From the NCBI GenBank assembly GCA_003144275.1, contig NJBF01000007.1:9994-41993 (forward strand): a DNA stretch of 32,000 nt. The letters run 5' to 3'. This document shows positions 25,717 to 32,000 of this stretch, piece by piece. The stretch is from Candidatus Heimdallarchaeota archaeon B3_Heim. Lineage in GTDB: Archaea; Asgardarchaeota; Heimdallarchaeia; Hodarchaeales; Hodarchaeaceae. The notes under the pieces are model-generated. The model did not search any database. It had not been told where the DNA came from and saw only the letters and a list, made by a program, of their open reading frames with translations. The stretch's first letter is position 1. Each line of letters opens with the position of its first letter. The position numbers and the translations under genes were made by a program.

Positions 25717-28164
25717 TTAACTCATTCTATTATCTGCCCAAGTACTAAAGAACTTAGAATCATCTTCTGGTAGGTTCTCAACCTTAATACTGTATGTTTC
25801 GTTTGGTAATAAATTGAAACAATTATCTTGAGGTCGTAGTTCCCACGAGATTGTTACTAAGAAAGTAAAAACATTAGAAATGAAAGTTATTGTGTTTTCA
25901 TCAGCATTAATATCAAATTTCACCTTGGGTTTACCAAATTTGAGATTCACAGGGTCATTTAACAAGAAAAAATTGTTAAAACTACCAATATTGGATTTAA
26001 AGTCCATTATTACAATATCATCTTTATTCTGTTCATTTAGCGGATATTCAAGCTGTATGGTACCATTTCCTTTAATCGACAGCTCATAATTCATGTTCTG
26101 AGTCATCCTTCCCGGTAACTTAATAGTAGATATTTTTAATACCCCTGATATCTTTGTAAATGTGTCATTTATTAAGATAATCTTCTGTTCATTCTTATTA
26201 TAAGAAACTAATACTGGAGAATATGCATTTTTGGTATACCAATATGCCATCTTCGGAACTCCATAATAATCAATTAATGACCAACAGATAGTAGGCCAAG
26301 GTTCATTAAATTGCCATATTAATGACCCACTATTTTTAAACTTCCGTGATCTCCAAATTTCAATGGCAAATTTCATTGCAAACGCTTGAGCTGTCTGTGA
26401 ATAGAGAATCCACTCATTAATAGTTTCAGGCTTTCCAAATTTACTAATATTTACATTTATTTTGTCTAAAACCAAATTATGAAATTTCCATATATCATTT
26501 GGCTGACTTTGGCTAGTTTTACTTAATATTTTTGAGAGGGTGGATTTTGAAGGAAAGCTCTGGATACCAAACTCAGACACAAATCTTGATTTAAATATCC
26601 CATACTGCTCATAAGTAGGAGGTTCTAAATTGGGTTGGTTCACTCCATGCCAAACTTCCCAATTATGAGAATTACCTTCTTCTTGAGAGTTGGGATCGAA
26701 CGTATACTCATTTTCAGCTGAAGGACTCCAAGGACTAGATCTCCAATACGGTCGAGAAGGATCTAAATTCGAACAAAGCCTTTTTTTCAAAAGATGTAAT
26801 TTTTCTCCGATTTTTTTCTCCTTCCTGTCCTTGAGCGGAATTTTTTGAAAGTCAATCCACTCATTTTCGTTGTTTCCACACCATAAGACAATCGAAGGGT
26901 GGTTTCTTAACCTTTTAATTATTTGTTGAACCTCTGCCTCTACTTGCGTCAGAAATTTATCAGTCTCAGGATATATACTACAAGCAAATTGGAAATCGTG
27001 CCAGATCATTATTCCTAGACTGTCACATAGTTCATAAAATTTCTCTCTCTCAACAACTCCACCTCCCCAAATCCTTAGCATATTAAAATTCGCCTTTTTT
27101 GCCATTTGGATTAAATTCGAGTATTTCTCATCTTCACAATAATTGAGCAACGCATCAGTTGGAACCCAATTTGCTCCCTTCGCATAAATCATTTCACTAT
27201 TTATCTCAAAAGTAAAACGATTCTCTAATTCATGGTTTAGGATTAGTTTAACCAATCTAATGCCAAACAAACGCTCCTTGCTCTCATTAATTCCTTCAAC
27301 TGTAAGTTTTATCTTATACAAATGTTGAGCGCCGCACCCATTTGGCCACCACAGTCTTGGGTCATTGAGTACAACTTTGGTCTGGTATTTATTCACACCT
27401 TTAGTTAGTGCATAAAGAGATTGATCGTTGTAGCATATTTTGTTATCTTCTGGTTCAAATACTTGTATCGTGATTGGTAATTCATCCTCAACTTCACTAT
27501 GTATTTCCCATTCAAGAAACTGCAAACAATTTTCTTTTTGGATTTCTAATGTATAGATAAAAATATCTGAAATTTCAATTAATCCCGTTCTAGTTAGCGT
27601 AACCTTTCCTATACCTTTTGTAAGTGACCGAGGGGCAAAATCCCATCCATAATTATAAGTAGGTTTTCGAAAGATAACCCTTTCATCAAGTTTCTGGGTA
27701 TAATCAGTTTTCTTTGTTTCAGGAAGAGGAGGATAAATAAAAAGACTTATTGAATTGATTCCCTTTTTCAAATACTCTAATGGGAGTTCAACTTTGATAA
27801 CCATGTGAGCACTTCTTGTTTGTTTAATCAAGTTACCATTTAGGTAAACATCACACACTGTATCGATATAGTCAAAGGTTAGTATGTTTCTCTCATCAAA
27901 GTACTCAATATTAACCTCAGTAAACAAAACTAAAATCATTTCCTCATATTTCTTGAAATTTTCCATATTTTTTTCATAATAAGGATCTAGACCCATGTGT
28001 CTTACGATATTCGACTGTAAAGTTCCTGGTACAGTAAATTTCAATAATTTCAATGGTAAGGAGGAGGGGGTGATATTTTTAGTGATTAAATTCAAAATAC
28101 TCTCTTTTTGAGTCCTATCTATTGGACTAAAGAGCCAATTTGAAATTACCGTTCTGTTTAGCAT
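25717..28164 (-). CDS. GH2 beta-mannosidase
   Basis: NMLRIWGGGVVEREKFYELCDSLGIMIWHDFQFACSIYP and WCGNNENE (acid/base Glu region). 815 aa with no signal peptide. Confidence 0.85.
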   Translation of the reverse strand: MLNRTVISNWLFSPIDRTQKESILNLITKNITPSSLPLKLLKFTVPGTLQSNIVRHMGLDPYYEKNMENFKKYEEMILVLFTEVNIEYFDERNILTFDYIDTVCDVYLNGNLIKQTRSAHMVIKVELPLEYLKKGINSISLFIYPPLPETKKTDYTQKLDERVIFRKPTYNYGWDFAPRSLTKGIGKVTLTRTGLIEISDIFIYTLEIQKENCLQFLEWEIHSEVEDELPITIQVFEPEDNKICYNDQSLYALTKGVNKYQTKVVLNDPRLWWPNGCGAQHLYKIKLTVEGINESKERLFGIRLVKLILNHELENRFTFEINSEMIYAKGANWVPTDALLNYCEDEKYSNLIQMAKKANFNMLRIWGGGVVEREKFYELCDSLGIMIWHDFQFACSIYPETDKFLTQVEAEVQQIIKRLRNHPSIVLWCGNNENEWIDFQKIPLKDRKEKKIGEKLHLLKKRLCSNLDPSRPYWRSSPWSPSAENEYTFDPNSQEEGNSHNWEVWHGVNQPNLEPPTYEQYGIFKSRFVSEFGIQSFPSKSTLSKILSKTSQSQPNDIWKFHNLVLDKINVNISKFGKPETINEWILYSQTAQAFAMKFAIEIWRSRKFKNSGSLIWQFNEPWPTICWSLIDYYGVPKMAYWYTKNAYSPVLVSYNKNEQKIILINDTFTKISGVLKISTIKLPGRMTQNMNYELSIKGNGTIQLEYPLNEQNKDDIVIMDFKSNIGSFNNFFLLNDPVNLKFGKPKVKFDINADENTITFISNVFTFLVTISWELRPQDNCFNLLPNETYSIKVENLPEDDSKFFSTWADNRMS

Positions 28165-28260
28165 AAAAAACTTACAAACTGCTTATTAATTATTAATTTA
28201 CTGGTTTGTACAATAATTAATGAGCATAAAATCTCAGTTATTTCAGTTAAGTGATCTCAA

Positions 28261-28725
28261 ATGGCATCATCCAAAAAATCATCTTTGGAAAAAACAAGTA
28301 AACTGGAGAAGAAAGTTCTTCATGTTACCAAAGAGGAATTTTTTTCATTAAAACCTATTCAAAGTACATTCCTCACTGTTTTAAAAGAAAAAGAAGATGG
28401 CTTATTATTAGAAGTTAATATTGCACAATTTAAGAAAAAATCGATAAGAAGAAGATTAATTCCTTCACCAAATTATAGGAAAATCCAATTAGATAAACTG
28501 GGTAAATTTACATTCGAATTATGTAATGGAAATAATACAGTTAAGCAGATCATTCGAAAATTTCAAGAAACATTTAAATTAACGCTAACTGAGACAGAAA
28601 CAGCAGTTGCAAAATACCTGACGTTACTTAACACACGACACTTAATTGGTTGGCAAATTCCTCAAGATATGATTGAAGGGACTGATTCGAAGGACAAAAA
28701 AGTTGACGAAATTTCTCTGGATTAG
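28261..28725 (+). CDS. PqqD-like (RRE-type) domain protein
   Basis: The C-terminal half, KIQLDKLGKFTFELCNGNNTVKQIIRKFQETFKLTLTETETAVAKYLTLLNTRHLI, follows the PqqD pattern (ligand-binding helix, then ..eeae.dv..fl..L...glI). Confidence 0.55.
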   Translation: MASSKKSSLEKTSKLEKKVLHVTKEEFFSLKPIQSTFLTVLKEKEDGLLLEVNIAQFKKKSIRRRLIPSPNYRKIQLDKLGKFTFELCNGNNTVKQIIRKFQETFKLTLTETETAVAKYLTLLNTRHLIGWQIPQDMIEGTDSKDKKVDEISLD

Positions 28726-28746
28726 CTTGTCTTACAGAGTAATCAT

Positions 28747-29715
28747 TCAATTCTTGGTGATTGCAAACTTTACTACATTCTCAATTATTCGTCTAATATG
28801 CTTATACGTTGAAGTCTGAGTTTTATACTTGAAAATTAAACAGTAGATATCATTTTTTTCTTCACTTTGCCAAAAATACCCTTGAAATTCGGATCCTGAC
28901 CTCAATGGGAGTTTTCTTTTCTGAATATTCTTGTTATACTGCCATAAAACTCCCTCTGTTTGCCCTATTTTCTTTTTGCTGAATTCACTTTCACTCGGTC
29001 TAAAACCTGAAGGGATCCTAGGGAGCTTTTTTGGATAATAATTCATGAACCACACTGGTAACTCATCAATAGAGTTAATTTTTTGGTTTGCTAAACCCAA
29101 TCTATAACAATACATATCTAGAGACTTATATCGAAGCTGGAAAAACGTTAATCCTACTAGAAAAGACTGTTTAACTAGGTTCATTGATCGTGGGGTCATA
29201 ACGGTCAGATTTGGTGCAATCCATTTACTCTCATAGTCTATTGGATGACAATTTATTGTTTCAAGGATTTGCATGATGTTAGCTTTAATTTTATTAGCTT
29301 GATCGCTTGAAAATTGGCTTTGCATTATGATTAATCTTTTTAGTACATCACAATTCCATACTACGATATAACCGTGTAGTGTCATATCCTCAGTTATCCA
29401 GTATAATGTTTTAGCCGAATGATCATTAACCTTAATTCCACTTTCGGTACGTTTCTTGATTTTCTTTCGCTCTTTCAGAATAGTCTTGAAATAATCATCA
29501 ATTACAACATCTAAATCAGGGGTTTTCCCCTTCTCAACTTCGACCCAGCGAAATTCCAATATTTTTTTTTCTGTAGTACGAAAACCAAAATAACCCGTCA
29601 TCTCTTTGCCTTTCCTCTTCTGTGTTTTCGTTGCAAACACCATTTCCCATTCATCTGGGACATTTAAGACTATATCCTGCCAACCGATGGTTTTAAAGTC
29701 CATATTAAGATCCAC
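28747..29715 (-). CDS. Hypothetical protein, no recognisable domain
   Basis: Long uninterrupted 322-aa ORF with composition like its neighbours. No motif recognised. Confidence 0.5.
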   Translation of the reverse strand: MDLNMDFKTIGWQDIVLNVPDEWEMVFATKTQKRKGKEMTGYFGFRTTEKKILEFRWVEVEKGKTPDLDVVIDDYFKTILKERKKIKKRTESGIKVNDHSAKTLYWITEDMTLHGYIVVWNCDVLKRLIIMQSQFSSDQANKIKANIMQILETINCHPIDYESKWIAPNLTVMTPRSMNLVKQSFLVGLTFFQLRYKSLDMYCYRLGLANQKINSIDELPVWFMNYYPKKLPRIPSGFRPSESEFSKKKIGQTEGVLWQYNKNIQKRKLPLRSGSEFQGYFWQSEEKNDIYCLIFKYKTQTSTYKHIRRIIENVVKFAITKN

Positions 29716-29774
29716 TCCTATAAAGACTCTGAGGAAAGGTAACTATTGGAAGATGAAATAGAGGTTTATTAGGG

Positions 29775-30821
29775 TTGTTAAATAACGTTGCTCTATTTAC
29801 TGAGCCAAAAAGCATTAATCTTCAAACGATTGATATTCCCAAGATAAAAGAATCAGAAATTCTGGTAAAAACAGCATATTGTGGACTCTGTGGAACGGAT
29901 ATTCACCTTTATGATGGAAAAGTACCTTTTGCAAACTATCCATTAGTGCCTGGTCATGAATTTTCAGGAGAAATAATTAAGGTCGGTTCCAAGGTAAAGA
30001 ATGACCTGAAAATTGGTGATAGAGTAGCAATTAATCCGAATTTGTCCTGTTATGACTTACAGAAGAAATTATGTTATTATTGCGAAAAGAATCGAAAACA
30101 TTTCTGTGTGGCATGGGAAGCGATAGGAGTTACCTTGAATGGTGCTTTCGCAGAATATGTCATTTGCCCAAGCACCGTTGCTTATAAAATTCCCGATAAT
30201 GTCTCTTTAAAAGCTGCTGCGTTTATGGAACCACTTGCTTGCTGTTTACATGGCTTAAACAATATGACGATAATGGATTCAGATGTTGTCTTTATTATTG
30301 GCTGCGGACCCATTGGTTTATTGATGCTCTCTGTTATAAAAGCAACTACGTCTTGTAAGGTAATAGTAAGCGAGCCTGTAAATTCTCGAAGAAATTTAGC
30401 CAGAAAAATTGGAGCAGATGTGATATTAAATCCATTAAGCGATGAAATAGTCCCAATTATTAATTCCGAGACATGTGATAAAGGAGTGGATGTTGCGATA
30501 GAGTGTGTGGGATTATCAAATACTGCAAAGCAAGCGATTGGTAGCCTGAACAAAGGAGGAAAAGCATTGATTTTTGGGGTCGCTGATCCTTTATCAACTA
30601 TAGATTTGGATATTCACAGACTATATTCTAATGAAATTTCAATTTTTGGAAGTTTTACTAATCCCAATACAAACATGAGAGCTTTAGACTTACTATCTAA
30701 GGATATACTAACACCTATTCCAATTATTTCTCATGAATTCCCAATAAAGAGGATTGAAGAAGCCATTTCTCTTATAAAAAGCCATGTAGATAATGTGAAT
30801 AAGATTTTAATAAATCCCTAA
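29775..30821 (+). CDS. Zinc-dependent medium-chain alcohol/polyol dehydrogenase (threonine/sorbitol dehydrogenase-like)
   Basis: CGLCGTDIHLYDG, GHEFSGEI, the structural-zinc Cys cluster (C..C..C.......C region) and the GCGPIGLL Rossmann motif. TTG start. Confidence 0.85.
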   Translation: MLNNVALFTEPKSINLQTIDIPKIKESEILVKTAYCGLCGTDIHLYDGKVPFANYPLVPGHEFSGEIIKVGSKVKNDLKIGDRVAINPNLSCYDLQKKLCYYCEKNRKHFCVAWEAIGVTLNGAFAEYVICPSTVAYKIPDNVSLKAAAFMEPLACCLHGLNNMTIMDSDVVFIIGCGPIGLLMLSVIKATTSCKVIVSEPVNSRRNLARKIGADVILNPLSDEIVPIINSETCDKGVDVAIECVGLSNTAKQAIGSLNKGGKALIFGVADPLSTIDLDIHRLYSNEISIFGSFTNPNTNMRALDLLSKDILTPIPIISHEFPIKRIEEAISLIKSHVDNVNKILINP

Positions 30822-30911
30822 AATTAACTTGGGAATTGAGATACTCCAAAAGTAAATTAACCCGTGAATTTAATAATAAACAAACTTCTTGAATAATCCA
30901 AGGAAAAGAAA

Positions 30912-31292
30912 ATGATGTCTGAAAGCACCATTCAATGTCCCTGTGGCCGAACAATCCATGATTATTCGGACTATTCTCTTCTGTATTTGAAAAAAGAATT
31001 TGGTGAAGGAGGAGAGATCGATATTCTATGTAAAAATGATTATTGCTATTTGAGAGAGCTAGGGTACTTGAAATTTAGTATTGACAAAGCCAAAAAAGTT
31101 ATTTTAGAAAAAGGTAAATTCTATGCCCCATATGTGACATGGAACGCGACAAGAATGTCCGAAGATAGGACTGTTGAAATTCTCAAACAGCATCTAGTTG
31201 ATATTACAGAAAAGCTAGTTCAATGGCAGAAAGTTATGAAAAGTACAGATGAAGAAAAGGTACAATCAATTTCTGAGGAAGTAATTACGTGA
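30912..31292 (+). CDS. Small soluble Cys-containing protein (hypothetical), translationally coupled to the permease
   Basis: CPC ... C....C cysteines and no TM segment. The stop overlaps the GTG start of the next gene (31289..31292). Confidence 0.45.
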   Translation: MMSESTIQCPCGRTIHDYSDYSLLYLKKEFGEGGEIDILCKNDYCYLRELGYLKFSIDKAKKVILEKGKFYAPYVTWNATRMSEDRTVEILKQHLVDITEKLVQWQKVMKSTDEEKVQSISEEVIT

Positions 31293-31891
31293 GCTTAGAT
31301 TTACCAGAACCCAAATTTTCAATCTCTGAGGTTTTTTATTTATCTTATTCAAATATTAAAAGACGATTTTTCCGTTCTGTTATAACAGCCTTAGGAATTA
31401 TACTAGGAATCGCATTTATGGCTGCATTATTAACAAATTCACTTATTTTAGATTGGTTACAGACTGGATCAGGTGTAGAAGCATATCAATATTGGTTAGT
31501 AGGGATTTCATTAATAGTTGCTTTTGGAGGAATAACCAACTCAATGCTGATGGCTGTTAACGAAAGAGTAAAAGAAATTGGGGTTTACAAATGTATTGGA
31601 GGATTAGATAGTCACATTGTTCGGTTATTTATAGTAGAAGCCTTACTTTTAGGAATATTGGGAGGTTTCCTTGGAGGAATTATCGGCATAGGAATGGGAA
31701 TTGGAATTAATTTAAATCGAGCTTCATTACAGGAGTTATCCGTCCTCCTAGAGTCGAATATCACCTCTCTGATATTGCTTTTATTGGCTTGTATTGTCCT
31801 TGCAATAGTATTAACTTCACTCGCTACATTCATTCCTGCTCGTAGAGCTTCTAAACTATCACCAGCGGAAGCTTTAAGATACGAAAACTAG
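31289..31891 (+). CDS. FtsX/MacB-type ABC transporter permease, minimal form lacking the extracytoplasmic domain
   Basis: The N-terminal RRFFRSVITALGIILGI, MAVNERVKEIGVYKCIGG and the C-terminal PARRASKLSPAEALRYE are canonical FtsX-domain motifs. Only about 15 residues separate TM1 and TM2. Confidence 0.75.
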   Translation: MSLDLPEPKFSISEVFYLSYSNIKRRFFRSVITALGIILGIAFMAALLTNSLILDWLQTGSGVEAYQYWLVGISLIVAFGGITNSMLMAVNERVKEIGVYKCIGGLDSHIVRLFIVEALLLGILGGFLGGIIGIGMGIGINLNRASLQELSVLLESNITSLILLLLACIVLAIVLTSLATFIPARRASKLSPAEALRYEN

Positions 31892-31906
31892 TATGGCGGT
31901 TAATTT

Positions 31907-32000
31907 ATGAGTTTAGAAGAATTCGTCGTTGAAATAGATGATGTATACAAGGAATATACTTTAGGAAAGGTTATAATCCATGCTCTTCAGGGAGTTTCAT
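31907..32000 (+). CDS. ABC transporter ATP-binding protein (N-terminal fragment, runs off the window)
   Basis: ATG at 31907. The translation MSLEEFVVEIDDVYKEYTLGKVIIHALQGVS matches the N-terminal strand pattern of MacB/LolD-type ATPases (..v.K.Y......v.aL.gvs). Confidence 0.6.
   Translation, partial: MSLEEFVVEIDDVYKEYTLGKVIIHALQGVS

Noticed and set aside
28173-28210. Inverted repeat TACAAAC-N24-GTTTGTA around an AT palindrome (TTAATTATTAA, 28186..28196) in the GH2/PqqD-like divergent intergenic region, a possible operator for the wHTH protein
   Set aside because: A single 7-bp inverted repeat in a 96-bp AT-rich spacer is expected by chance at appreciable frequency. The motif does not recur upstream of GH38 or GH130.

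Overview
The window is AT-rich (about one-third G+C by eye), gene-dense and looks archaeal: it carries F420 genes cofC and cofD, a NifR3/Dus-related TIM barrel, and several TTG/GTG starts. All family calls rest on motifs read from the translations; no searches were run.

Layout:
(1) 1-13.4 kb is a surface-glycan island. It encodes a nonulosonic-acid pathway of the legionaminic/pseudaminic type: a CapD/PglF-type 4,6-dehydratase, a DegT aminotransferase, a hexapeptide acetyltransferase, a NeuB-family synthase, an SpsF/NeuA-type cytidylyltransferase, a PP-loop N-acetyl-sugar amidotransferase, Gfo/Idh/MocA and SDR oxidoreductases, and two paralogous GT-B-like proteins. A GT2 / flippase-like / ATC-hydrolase-like operon follows.
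(2) 13.4-15.6 kb holds a GC-rich, apparently intact TnpB-only IS200/IS605-type element. Next to it is a second, tnpB-less tandem copy of its 3' omega-RNA/right-end module. Both copies are followed by the same 24-nt sequence. On the other side lies a ~240-bp degenerate tandem repeat whose unit boundaries read TTGAT.
(3) 15.7-21.4 kb encodes a zinc-ribbon membrane protein, a mannose-1-P guanylyltransferase, a stand-alone receiver domain, a cofD / Dus-like TIM barrel / cofC operon and an LplA-like ligase.
(4) 21.5-28.2 kb is a leaderless (cytosolic) mannoside/N-glycan catabolic set: GH38 alpha-mannosidase, GH130 phosphorylase, GH2 beta-mannosidase and a small wHTH protein.
(5) 28.3-32 kb encodes a PqqD-like protein, a 322-aa orphan, a Zn-ADH, a small Cys protein coupled to an FtsX-type permease that lacks its extracytoplasmic domain, and the start of an ABC ATPase.

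The most unusual signals are the duplicated omega-RNA-like module with a conserved 24-mer that abuts the glycan operon start, and the flavoenzyme-like TIM barrel translationally coupled to cofD.
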